From Heterodontus francisci (lineage: Eukaryota): a stretch of 64,000 bases of DNA. Of this stretch, positions 1 through 11,697 are shown piece after piece (the stretch's first letter is position 1; each line of letters starts with the position of its first letter). The translations under genes and the position numbers were made by a program. The notes under the pieces were generated by a model. The model was not told the DNA's origin, searched no databases, and saw only the letters and a list, made by a program, of their open reading frames with translations. The DNA lies in contig NC_090387.1 in assembly GCF_036365525.1 (NCBI RefSeq), positions 76,445,300 through 76,509,299 on the forward strand. The letters are read 5' to 3'.

Positions 1-1154
1 TAGTTCTAATTCTGAAGTTCTTCTGATTTTGGATTTTGTTTTTAAATATTTACACTGAAAATTGCAACATGGAAGGATTAAATATTTATTTCACACTATC
101 TCAATGACTTGAAAATGACTTGAGTTCTCAGCAAGAGCCACGTGATCATTAAGAATATGGAAATGTTGGGATCATTGTAGTGTTGCACTTCATTGTACCA
201 GTAGTTTGTGTTAGAACGTTACCTGTGGCAGATGCTGTGATATAGGTTTTAGAAGTGCTGTCACTTGGATTGTTGTGGGCATGTATAATTCATACTGGTT
301 GTGTGCTGCATGCAATTATACAGTAATATATTTCCTTCCAAAGCCAGTCGATGCCTGGAGAGAGCTGTATAAACCGTCAAGTCGGGAGGTGAGAATGGGT
401 CTGTCACTGCTGAGTGGTGAGAAAATGAGCTTGCATTGCCTAAGTAGTTCAAAGCATTTGGCTTAAATGGGGTGTCCCTGGAATTCAATGGTCTCTCACT
501 GTAACCTTGGCAACCCATGAGATATGATAAATGGTTCTTTACACTCTATGGTACAAAAATGCTTGATAGCCTTGTGCTTCCACTACATTGCACCAAACTA
601 TAGACCATTGATATGAATACTCTAACAGCTGACATGTTTATGTAAATGTTGGTCAGACTTTATATCCTATTCATGTAGTAAAGCTGAGCATTTTCTTCCA
701 AATGCGTTGAAAAACCTCTGATTAAACCCCTCTATTGTTCATGGGGGCATTAAAACCTGGGCATAGATCTTGCGACTTTTTTCCTTCTGAGCATTTGTGT
801 TCCTGAAAGTACCTTTCTAGACATAGTCGTGCTAACCTGGAAATAAACTGATTTACAATGGTGGAACCATGGGTCTACGTTCGAATTCTGTTAGAGCCAT
901 TTATCGATCTACAGCTTATGTTTAAACTTTGCTGGGTTCAGCCAGTTGGCACATTTTGCCACACCAGAATGAAAGCTGCTCCATCTTGGACCACAGCCCG
1001 AGTGCATGTTAGCTGTGCTGTCTCTTTGACGCTGTTGGATCTATAGGGTTCGACTCCAATTGAGCTGTGTTTCTCCTGGAGTGACGACAAACAAGTTGTT
1101 TCTGTGTTTCAAGAGTTGCTGTCTGTACTGTATTCAACTCACCAGCTTGAGTAA

Positions 1155-4030
1155 TAAACATAGGAACATAGGAAGATAGGAACAGGATTGGGCCATTCAG
1201 CCCCTCGAGCCTGTCCCGCCATTCAATGAGATCATGGCTGATCCGTGGCCTAACTCCATATACCTTCCTTTGGCCCATATTCCTTAATATCTTTGCTTAA
1301 CAAAAATCTATCTATCTCAGATTTAAAATTAACAACTGTTCTAGCTTCAACTGCTGTTTGTGGGAGAGAGTTTAAAACCTCTACCACTCTTTGCGTGAAG
1401 TAGTGCTTCCTAACATCTCTCCTGAACGGCCTGCTCCTAGTTTTTGGACTATGCCCACTAGTTTTTGGATTTCCAACCAGTGGAAATAGTCTTTTCCTGT
1501 TAATATCTTGGACCTCAATCAGATCACCCCTTAACCTTCTAAATTCTAGTGAAAACAGTCCTAAGTTGTGTAATCTCTCCTTGTAACTTAACCCCTGTAG
1601 TCATTCTTGTAAACATACGTTGCACTCCCTCCAAGGCCAATATATCCTTCCAAAGGTGTGGTGCCCAGAACTACTCACAGTATTCCAAGTGGGGTCTAAC
1701 CAGGGTTTTGTACAGCTGCAGGATAACCTCTCTGTCTTTCTACTTCAATCCTCTAGATATAAAGGCTAGCATTCCATTAACCTTTTTGATTATTTTCTGC
1801 ACTTGCTCGTGGCATTTTAAAGATCTATGCACCTGAACCCCCAAGTCTCTTTGGACATCCAGTGTATTTAACCTCTTCCCATTTAGAAAGTACCTTGCTC
1901 TATCCTTTTTTGATCCAAAATGGATAACCTCACACTTGCCCACATTGAAATCCATCTGCCACTGTTTTGCCCACTCACCGAGTGGGTCAATGTCTCTTTG
2001 CAATTTTATGCTATCATCTAGACTGTCTACAATGCTGCCTAACTTTGTATCATCGGCAAATTTGGATATGTGACTTACTATGCCATCATCCAAGTCATTA
2101 ATGAATGATACGAACACAAATCCCTGCGGGACACCACTAGTTACACTCTGCCAAACGCTGTACTTACCCATTATCCCCACTCTCTGTCGCCTACCACTCA
2201 ACCAACTTTCTAACCATGTCAATAATTTGCCCTCAACTCCATGGGCTTCTACCTTAGTTAACAGTCTCTTATGTGGGACTTTATCAAATGCCTTCTGGAA
2301 GACCATATAAATAACATCCATAGACACTCCCCTGTCCACTACCTTAGTCACCTCTTCAAAAATTCAATGAGATTTTTCAGTCATGACCTTCCCGTCATGA
2401 ATCCATGCTGGCTGTCACTGATTAACTGAATGTTTTCTAAGTGTTCAGTCACCCTATCCTTGATTGTAGACTCCAGCAACTTGCCCACCACAGATGTCAG
2501 GCTAACTGGTCTGTAATTTCCTTGGTTCACCCTTCTTAAAAAGTGGAGTGACATGTGCAACTTTCCAATTCAGAGGGACCACTCCTGAATCTAGGGAACT
2601 CTGAAAGACTATAGTTAGGACATCTACAATGTGCTCCCCTACTTCCTTTAACACCCCCGGATGGAAACCGTCAGGTCCTGGGGATTTCTCACTCTTTATT
2701 TCCATTAATTTCCTTGTTGCTGATGATTTACTTAAGTTAATTGTATTAAGTCCCTGTCCCCTATCGGCTATTAATTTTTTCGGGACTTCCGGCAAGTCAT
2801 CCTCCTTTTCAACTGTAAATACTGAGGCAAAGTAATTGTTCAACATGTCTGCCATTTCCCCATTATCAATGACAATATGTCCAGTTTCTGCTTTTAGTGG
2901 GCCGACATTACTCTTGACCACCCGCTTTCCGTTTATGTAGCTATAAAATTTCTTCTGATCGATTTTGATGTCCCTTGCAAGGGTGGCACAGTGGCGCAGT
3001 GGTTAGCACCGTAGCCTCACAGCTCCAGGGACTTGGGTTCAATTCTGGGTACAGCGTATGTGGAGTTTGCAAGTTCTTCCTGTGACTACGTGGGTTTTCG
3101 CCAGGTGCTCCGGTTTCCATCCACAGCCAAAAATTTGCAGGTTGATAGGTAAATTAGCCGTTGTAAATTGCTCCTAGTGTAGGTAGGTGGTAGGAATTAT
3201 GGGATTATTGCAGGGTTAGTATAAAAGGGTGGCTGCTGGTCGGCACAGGCTCAGTGGGCTCCTAATTAAATTTGGCTCATTACTCATAACTAAATCTAAT
3301 ATTGCCTGTCCCCTTATTACATCTAGGACATATTGCTGTAGGGAACTATCCCGGACACATTCCAGAAATTCACTACCTTGCTGACAGGTGCTCGTCTGCC
3401 TCTTCCAATCCATGTGTAAGTTAAAATCCCCCAATAATACTACTCTGCCTTTGTTACACACTTGCCTAATTTGTGCATTTATACAATCTAACACCTCAGA
3501 ACAGCTACCAGGAGGTCTATACACAACACCCATTACAGTTTTAGATCCTTTTCTGTTCCTCAATTCCACACATAAGGTCTCCACTGGATTCTTTCTCATT
3601 ATTATATCCTCCCTCACCAATGAGGTGATATTATTTCTAATCAGTAAGGATGCTCCACCCCCTGTGCCATTTTCCCTATCCCTCCTGTAAACTTTATAAC
3701 CAGGTATATTTATTTCTCAGTCCCGACCATCCTGCAGCCACGTCTCCGCAATTGCCACCACATCATGATTTTCCATTTGAATTTGCGCCTGCAGTTCATC
3801 TAATTTATTTCTTATACTCCGTGCACTTGCATTTTGAACTCTTATTTGGGCTATACCCCCTAACCTGTCCCTCAGCATTGATACTTTATTCGCCTGTTTA
3901 TTATTTCTCTCTTCTGGTTTAACCAGTTTGGTAACAATCAGCCTCACCATTAACCTGCACTCCTACCTTCTCCTTCAACTTCCTGTTTTTCCATGCAACT
4001 GAACCCGTTCCCACTATTTAGTTTAAAGCC
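1155..4030 (-). mobile_element. Degenerate CR1-clade LINE (APE endonuclease and RT fragments), interrupted by a SINE
   Basis: Minus ORFs 3717-3950 (NARSIRNK, ETWL), 3216-3620 (GVVYRPP, LLGDFN), 2502-2921 (KSPGPDG), 1740-2351 (KAFDKVPH, GVPQG, FADDTK); microsatellite 3' tail (AACATAGG on +) near 1157-1175. Confidence 0.9.
2981..3259 (+). mobile_element. tRNA-derived V-SINE (HE1-like), 3' truncated
   Basis: tRNA-like head GGTGGCACAGTGGCGCAGTGGTTAGCAC...GGTTCAATTC, central GGTGCTCCGGTTTCC motif; near-copy at 27312-27662. Confidence 0.85.
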
Positions 4031-4839
4031 CTATCTAAAAATGAGTCTCTATTGATTATTCATGCTATATTGCTTTTAATTTTATTTAAAATGGTATATT
4101 TAGTCATGTTTCCTTCTTAAGGATAAAGCTTATTTTTGTCCTGTGCGTGTTAAGCTTGTCTGACCCTCTGTTGCAACTGGGCTACTTCAAAATAGGATCT
4201 AGAATAGGATCAGTTCGGCGCATTTTGTGGGGTTATGGGTTTATTTGCTTTCCCCTTCCTTCTCTCTCCTGTAACCGAAAAGACCACAATACAAATAGTA
4301 TTTACAGCGAATGATGTTATAATTTGTTAAACGATAGTAAATATTCATCTTTAAAAAGTTGGATGATTGGCACTTTCTTAGACTTCAAGGGACTCCTTAT
4401 GATTTGACCATGCAAGCTTAATTTTAAGAACCATCACAAGTTACCAGGGCAATTTTTTGATTACCATTGGTTGATATTGCGGCAAAAAACATCTCACATG
4501 TTTGAAATCCAGAACATACGGACTTGAATACATTTTCAACATGCCGCCCGCGTAAATCCGGCTTTGCAAACCCTGCTCTCGGCTGCTTCTATAATAGGCC
4601 GACGACTAATTCCGCCAGTTTACTGCCTCATTATTGAAGGTGAAAATCAATATTTCCCCCACCCCTCTCAACACACACACAGACACACACACGAGATGAG
4701 TGTGATGTTCCAGAATGTTACTCCTTAGTCTAGCTGCAATAAATAAAAACAATGATAGACGCACATTTAATGACGTATAATCGAATACCCTTGAGCGACA
4801 CCCATAAATACCACACTTCTTCGGACTGTGTTTAGATTC

Positions 4840-4958
4840 TCAGCTTCTCTCTTTCGTTATCACGTTTACTTCAGCATACACTGCGCTCTTGTCTTGATCA
4901 GGTTTTGATGTTTTCTTGGAATCAGCGTAAGTCAGCTTGTTATCACCGCCTCTTTATT
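4840..4958 (-). pseudogene. Gene A terminal cytoplasmic exon, damaged
   Basis: Acceptor ttttacAG; homologous to 21776-21925 but with a 4-nt deletion near its start and a 15-nt deletion removing AALQL from LTYAAL; retains AVYAEV. Confidence 0.75.
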
Positions 4959-5182
4959 CTGTAAAAGTAATATTTAGTATCACTCGTTAATCTATTGCCC
5001 ACTCATTGCTTGAGGTAATCGAGGTTTGAAAAAGGCTGTAGTGAAATTTCTTCTCATCAATTACCAACTTCAGATTGTAACCGGATTTTGTATTAGTTTA
5101 TTTCTCTCTGCAAACAATTCATGTTGCGTTACAATTTCAGGCCCTCCCCTAAATCTTATTGGTATTCCCCTGAAACCTTCAG

Positions 5183-5340
5183 ATAAAATTAGTTCTGATG
5201 TAACAGGTCACAGACCTGTAATATTATATGTTTCTCTCTCCATCGATGCTGCCAAATCTGCTGAGTATTTCCAGCACTTTCTGTCTTTTTTGTCCAGATT
5301 TCCAGCATCCGCAGTATTTTGCTTTTATAAAATTAGTTCT
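5183..5340 (+). mobile_element. Short Penelope-terminus-derived element with decayed hammerhead core
   Basis: Similar to 14049-14187; flanked by direct repeat ATAAAATTAGTTCT; equivalent copy at 22161-22315. Confidence 0.7.
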
Positions 5341-6132
5341 CCTGCTGATGCAGCCCATTTAAGGGAGCAGATTGATACTTCAATTAAAATAGAAACATGA
5401 GTTTCATACTGGTCTGTTCATGGTATTTGGAATGATGAAATTATAAATCACCGTTTTTAAGGCCCTGTTGTTTGAGCCTCGACAGCCAATGCGCCCTTAC
5501 CCCATGGGCGACGCTCCAAGGTCACATTTTTCAGCCGCCTTTCCCCTCGCCCCGCCGATCTCTGAGACACAAAGGTCAAATGTGATGAATCTTGGCTGAG
5601 ATCAGCTATCACAACGCAGTGGTAGATTAAACCTGGGATCTTTGCAATTCCTGCAGCCCAGTGTCGTAACCTGTCGTAATATGAGCTGTACCTAGGCATA
5701 CACCGTACTCTGCTCCTTCTGTCAGTGTTTCGCTTTGTTTCTGGTCCTGGTTTCGACAGTTGCATAGGGCAATTCTTGTTTTGTCTGTAAAATAGATATT
5801 TGCCAGTCTTACCAGGCGAGTTTATTATTTTTTAATTTGTAATCGTTATTACAGCCAGACCCGAAAGCTAAATGGGGCTAATTTTGACTGACTACTGTCG
5901 TGTCATACGGATGAAGAGTCCGCAACCCGTTTTACATCTCTCATGATTTCGATTTCCAACCAAGTCAGCGGGAGAGCTGCCGATTCGCCAGCACTCATTA
6001 CATACTGTCCCATAAAGTCAAAACTACCTCGGTAAATTCTGTATAGGTTGTTAGAGTTGACTCTGTTGTCACAGAGTGTTGATTTTGTGTAGAAATGGTT
6101 TGGATATCATTCGTGCCAATCGCTCGCCCTAC

Positions 6133-6245
6133 CTGGGGATAGACGGTGTGCTCTATTCTCATGCCTACGTTTGGGGGGTTCCTTTGTCATCTCTCAAGTT
6201 TAGAGTAGCGTAGGCGGCAATTTGCTCATTTGTTCCTTGTCTAAC
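6133..6245 (-). pseudogene. Gene A cytoplasmic exon 2 (VRQGTNEQIAAYATLNLRDDKGTPQT*)
   Basis: ttttgacAG ... CAG|gtaggg; 113 nt versus 111 nt in the paralog; a +1 shift in a C-run gives an early TAG; the downstream HTVYPQ motif is out of frame. Confidence 0.75.
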
Positions 6246-6721
6246 CTGTCAAAATAGATATGAAATACTGATAGCTGAGAGTCGAATACAGCAGCCAGCT
6301 ATCATCAATTGGAACGGAGTCTGAAAGTGTCAATATGGACACATGAATATGAATTGGATAGTTATTTCAAATACAGTAACCGATAAAATTAGGGCTTAAT
6401 TGCATTTTGTCCACTCTCAATGATTTCATTCAATATCCCATCTATAGGGTGAGTAATAATGTTCCAAATATGATATCCGGACAGTTCAAATATTCCTAAT
6501 CCTCTGTCATCCTAGCCTATTGAAAGACCTTCCAGGCCGAGCCTGAAATTGTTCTCGCTCCACTTCTAGCCATTTTCACCCCGAGCAGGAAATCAGCCGC
6601 TGGAACCCTTCCCCCCGCAGCTGCCCAACCCAGGAGTTCGGGGTGCAGGTCAATTCGGTACCGATAGCCCTGTCCCAGCCAACACACCAGATTTGGGGAC
6701 GGCACCAGGGACGTTCCGATT

Positions 6722-6872
6722 CTAAAAGCAAAATACTGCGGTTGCTGGAAATCTGAAAGATAAACAGAAAATAATGGAAATACTTTGTGGAGAGAGAAGC
6801 AGAGTTAACCTTTCAGGTCTGTGACCTCTCACGGAAGGTTACACGTCTGAAACGTTGGCTCTGTTTCTCTTA
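6722..6872. repeat. Palindromic Penelope-terminus-derived repeat (paralog at ~23690-23835)
   Basis: GAGAGAAGCAGAGTTAACCTTTCAGG ... CTGAAACGTTGGCTCTGTTTCTCT inverted arms. Confidence 0.65.
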
Positions 6873-6999
6873 CCTTCCTAATCTGTCTGGTTGTGCTGCA
6901 CAATATCTCAATCAGGCAACTGGGCATCTCCGATTTTTAAAATAATTTGAATTATGAAAGAGGAAATTGTCAGAAGTATATGTTACAGTAAATACAAAT

Positions 7000-7610
7000 T
7001 TGTATCTTGGCCTTAAAATCAAGATATCGTGTACAAAAACAAGGAATTTATGCAAAACCTTTCTAAATCACTGGTCAGGCCTCAGTTGGAGCACTGTATT
7101 CAATTCCGGGCACCACACTTTAGGAAAGATGTCAAGGCTTTCGAGAGCATGCAAAGCAGATTTATTGAAATGGTATCAGGGATGAGCGACTTCAGTTATG
7201 TTGAGGAGACTAGAGAATCTACGATCGTCCTCCTTGGAGCAGAGAACGTTATGGGGAGATTTAATAGAGGTGTTCAAAATTCTGAGAGGTTTTGATAGAG
7301 TAAATAAGGAGAAATTAATTTGGGTTGGGTTGGTATCCAGGGGACAGCTTTTTAAAATAATTGGCAAATAATCAGGGAAGACAAGGATATTTTTAATGCA
7401 GCCGCTGTTGTGATCTGGAATGCACTGCCTGAAAGGGTGGTGGAAGCAGATTCAATAGAAACTTTCAAAAAGGATATATACTTGCAATGAAAATATAATG
7501 TAAGGCTATTGGTAAAGAGTCGGCGAGTGGGACGAATTGGATAGTTATTTCAAAGAACCGGCACAGGCACCCTGGCCTCCTTCATTGCTGTAGGATTCTA
7601 TGATTCTATT
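7000..7610 (+). mobile_element. CR1 LINE 3' fragment (paralog at ~23970-24565)
   Basis: LVRPQLEHCIQF-type C-terminal ORF2 remnant and ATTCTATG-like tail. Confidence 0.8.
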
Positions 7611-7680
7611 AAATTACATTAATATCTTCTAGTCTATACACCCGCCTCTTTTTGGAAGATGAGAAACATTGCCACCTTAC

Positions 7681-7724
7681 CGGCTCTTCAGCCTGACTCG
7701 CTTCCTCAGAATTATTCTTATTGC
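7681..7724 (-). CDS. Gene A 44-nt juxtamembrane exon (GNKNNSEEASQAEEP)
   Basis: ctttccctcAG ... CCG|gtaagg; phase 1 to 0, joining the TM exon to the next exon in frame; same length in the paralog at 24654-24697. Confidence 0.75.
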
Positions 7725-7965
7725 CTGAGGGAAAGAGATGTCCACAATCAATAGCTTAATCAGTGTATAAGCAAAACAACTTCATACTTACGATGATAAA
7801 CACAGGTACTGTGTAAAGTAAGGAAACTTGAAGGTACAGATCTCTCCGAAGACGTTAAGCAGTATCAGCCAAAACAGTGCAGCATGCTGTGCATTACCTT
7901 CTCAAACCCCGCAGTGGTGCTGCACCTAATGGAGTAGACATTGCCTTTGTGCGATAGTGCAAAAC

Positions 7966-10412
7966 CAGGCCGTCCAATATTTTCGCGGTACGCGGGGTGG
8001 GGGGTGGGGAGGGGGCACAATACAATTTGTTTCTGACATAGGGGCTGGTGAGACAATTTTGGAAGGATAAAGGCATTAAAAAAAATCTTACTATTAAAAC
8101 AACAAATGTGCAATTTTTGAGAGGACGCTTTAAATAAGATTACTTTATTAACTTCTTTTCTCAGCACTATATTAGACACTGAGGCACAGTGTGGCTTTCG
8201 TGCAGAGAGATCGACTATTGACATGCTGTTCTCCCTTCGTCAGATACAGGAGAAATGCCGTGAACAGCAGATGCCCCTCTACATTGCTTTCATTGATCTC
8301 ACCAAAGCCTTTGACCTCGTCAGCAGACGTGGTCTCTTCAGACTACTAGAAAAGATCGGATGTCCACCAAAGCTACTAAGTATCATCACCTCATTCCATG
8401 ACAATATGAAAGGCACAATTCAACATGGTGGCTCCTCATCAGAGCCCTTTCCTATCCTGAGTGGTGTGAAACAGGGCTGTGTTCTCGCACCCACACTTTT
8501 TGGGATTTTCTTCTCCCTGCTGCTTTCACATGCGTTCAAATCCTCTGAAGAAGGAATTTTCCTCCACACAAGATCAGGGGGCAGGTTGTTCAACCTTGCC
8601 CGTCTAAGAGCGAAGTCCAAAGTACGGAAAGTCCTCATCAGAGAACTCCTCTTTGCTGACGATGCTGCTTTAACATCTCACACTGAAGAATGCCTGCAGA
8701 GTCTCATCGACAGGTTTGCGTCTGCCTGCAATGAATTTGGCCTAACCATCAGCCTCAAGAAAACGAACATCATGGGGCAGGATGTCAGAAATGCTCCATC
8801 CATCAATATTGGCGACCACGCTCTGGAAGTGGTTCAAGAGTTCACCTACCTAGGCTCAACTATCACCAGTAACCTGTCTCTAGATGCAGAAATCAACAAG
8901 CGCATGGGTAAGGCTTCCACTGCTATGTTCAGACTGGCCAAGAGAGTGTGGGAAAATGGCGCACTGACACGGAACACAAAAGTCCGAGTGTATCAGGCCT
9001 GTGTCCTCAGTACCTTGCTCTACGGCAGCGAGGCCTGGACAACGTATGCCAGCCAAGAGCGACGTCTCAATTCATTCCATCTTCGCTGCCTTCGGAGAAT
9101 ACTTGGCATCAGGTGGCAGGACTATATCTCCAACACAGAAGTCCTTGAAGCGGCCAACATCCCCAGCTTATACACACTACTGAGTCAGCGGCGCTTGAGA
9201 TGGCTTGGCCATGTGAGCCGCATGGAAGATGGCAGGATCCCCAAAGACACATTGTACAGCGAGCTCGCCACTGGTATCAGACCCACCGGCCGTCCATGTC
9301 TCCGTTATAAAGACGTCTGCAAACGCGACATGAAATCGTGTGACATTGATCACAAGTCGTGGGAGTCAGTTGCCAGCATTCGCCAGAGCTGGCGGGCAGC
9401 CATAAAGACAGGGCTAAATTGTGGCGAGTCGAAGAGACTTAGTAGTTGGCAGGAAAAAAGACAGAGGCGCAAGGGGAGAGCCAACTGTGCAACAGCCCCA
9501 ACAAACAAATTTCTCTGCAGCACCTGTGGAAGAGCCTGTTACTCCAGAATTGGCCTTTATAGCCACTCCAGGCGCTGCTTCACAAACCACTGACCACCTC
9601 CAGGCGCGTATCCATTGTCTCTCGAGATAAGGAGGCCCAAAAGAAAAGAAATTAGACACTGATTTATTGAGATTCCTAACATTTTTTTTGCTTGCCCAAG
9701 TAGTCAATATTTGCCCCCACACCTGTTCTAGTGATGTGAAATATTCTGGATAGATGTCTATCTGTCAGTAATGATCTTGATCACAATCTCTCCCTCTCAA
9801 TCCCTGTCTCTCTCCCTGTGTTCCCCTGCTCTGTGTTGTTCCGCCCCCCCCCCCCGTTGTCCTTGCTGTCTGTGTCCCCCTCACTGTCTCCCTCTTTCTC
9901 TGTCACCCCTCTGTCACCTTTCACTCTCTGCTCCCCTCCCTCTCTGCCGCCCCTCCTTCCCCTTTTCTCTCTCACAGTTACAGAGAGTGGGAAAGCTCAG
10001 CAGAACAACTTTGTGGTTGGTTAATTTAAAAAAAAATCTCAAGCTAGTTTCACAGTTGACAGGTGCTGGGAGCTGGAAGAGCTGTTTCCGAGCTTCGGAC
10101 GAATTTAGGGTTTTCCGATGGGTGCCGACCTTTTTTTATAAAGCGCGCCGGAAAACGCTAAATCAGTCCGAAGTTTGAAAACTGCTGTTCCGCCTCGCAG
10201 CACCTGTCAGCTGTGAAACCGACGCTAATTGTTTTTGTCAAAAACCCGACCTGGAAGAAGAAGCCAATGAGAAATTGCTCATTTCCGAAATTACCAGTCA
10301 TGGAGACCTTGCGAGGATGAGGAACGGCCTGGTACAGTTTCCATCCGTGGGCCGGAAGGAACCCTTTGGCAGGCCGGATCCTGGCTCGCGGGCGGTATGT
10401 TGGATAACCCTG
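7966..10412. mobile_element. Non-autonomous hAT-like DNA element hosting the RTE insertion
   Basis: Right terminus GTTGGATAACCCTG is the near reverse complement of left terminus CAGGGGTGTCCAAC (clear in the paralog at 24938, decayed at 7966); flanks GTGCAAAA / GTGTAAAA resemble an 8-bp TSD. Confidence 0.55.
8183..9650 (+). mobile_element. Young 5'-truncated RTE-clade LINE
   Basis: Uninterrupted 456-aa ORF 8223-9593 (FIDLTKAFD, GVKQGC, LFADD, YLGS, C-terminal CxxC..H..C finger); (AAAAG)n tail; perfect 12-bp TSD ATTAGACACTGA at 8171-8182 and 9651-9662; empty site in the paralog near 25180. Confidence 0.95.
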
Positions 10413-10899
10413 GTGTAAAATATATAATCGAGTTGGCCGGCCATTTTACACCTCGAAATTACAATGCAAATAAAATTCGAGCGACATGTAAAATAGGTTG
10501 CCCCTGCCAATTCGATATCACCCATTTTACAGTATCGCAGAAAGTCAAAATCTACACTAAAGCGTTTACACTTCAAGATCTGGACCCGCAATGATAGCAA
10601 CAACAAAAAAATGCAAAACGTTAAGGATTCCGCGTATTGGAAAATAGAAGTGAAAAAGTCGAATGAATAGTTGGAATAGGAAGGTGAAATACTTGCATTT
10701 CAAGATCCAGTATACATGGTCATATTCAACTACCAATGATAGAAAGCTCTTGTGTTATCAACTTCATTCTTTAAAGATGCAGTAAGGTGCTCTTTATTCT
10801 TCTATAATTAATGACGTTTCACCTGCCCTTTCTGTATTGTAAAAATACAACTGGGCCTTTGAAAATAAAAGTATTCGGCGGAATAAGAAATATTATTAC

Positions 10900-11004
10900 C
10901 GTCTGATGCCTTTAATTTGAGTCCGGTCAAAATTGTTATTAATAGTAAAATTGCCAGTATGCCACCTGCACGTCCAAAAGTCGGCAGAAATTTGTAATCA
11001 GTAC
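10900..11004 (-). CDS. Gene A transmembrane exon (GTDYKFLPTFGRAGGILAILLLITILTGLKLKASD)
   Basis: cctgcAG ... GACG|gtaata; 105 nt, phase 1 to 1; hydrophobic stretch followed by basic KLK. Confidence 0.75.
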
Positions 11005-11314
11005 CTGCAGGATCAGCAGATAATTGAAACAAGAAACTATGGAGCACAGCGAGATATATACCGAGAGAATCGTGGGTCAGGCACGAGAGGACGAGTTGCA
11101 AAGGTATTTCTCGGGATAACGGCGTCTACTGTCAGTGGGGCTAAACCCCTTTTATTTCTAATGTACCAAACAATGGCAACTGTAATCCAGTAATGCAATT
11201 CATGCGACACCAGACTGATCTGCAACGGCTGCAAAGGTGGCAAAGTCTTCCATTCTTGATCGCTGACATGCATCAGCAGTGTTACAAGAGAATACCTACT
11301 GCAACATTTAGTAG

Positions 11315-11530
11315 GTAACAAGTAACTTGCACTTATACAGCACCTTTAACATAGTAAAACGTCAAAAGGCACTTCACAGAGAATCACCAAACAAAATTTT
11401 AAGAGCCACATAAGGGGATATGAGGACAGGTGGAGTTAGAGTTCAAGGAGCGTCTAAAAGGAGAGAGAAATAGAGCCGGAGAGGTCGCGAATTTTAAAGG
11501 TTAGGGTCTAGACAAATGAAGGCACGGTGC
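11315..11530 (-). mobile_element. Probable L2-type LINE 3' remnant
   Basis: AACTTGCACTTATACAGCACCTTTAAC...GGCACTTCACA resembles the reverse complement of the L2-type tail that ends the Deu-SINE near 48540. Confidence 0.45.
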
Positions 11531-11697
11531 ACAGAGAATAGATGAATATAATGATATTCCCATATATTCAACTTAAATTCACGGGATGTCAAGTGGCTCT
11601 GGTCGAACCGATCCATTTTATGTGTAGTTTCATTTTATTTGGCAAGAATTTGAGGAGGAATAATCTTTCAAGTATTGAGCAGCTCGCACGTCAACCT

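Larger units (their letters stand above)
4840..10330. repeat. Segmental duplication copy 1 (paralog of ~21780-25890)
   Basis: Colinear exons, introns and shared old repeats; copy 1 additionally carries the RTE insertion. Confidence 0.9.

Noticed and set aside
222-836. Possible minus-strand exons (LARLCLERYFQEHKCSEGKSRKIYAQ at ~758-836; ORF 261-518 containing TVYTAL)
   Set aside because: Weak donor, no recognisable family and no consistent exon chain within the window
9771-10178. Pro/Leu/Ser-rich ORFs here and at 21028-21808 and 25161-25532
   Set aside because: Translations of CT/GA-rich low-complexity sequence inside repeats
11037-11321. ORF with a hydrophobic patch as a second Ig or TM exon
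   Set aside because: No Ig cysteine/tryptophan pattern or clear splice boundaries; it abuts an L2-like remnant
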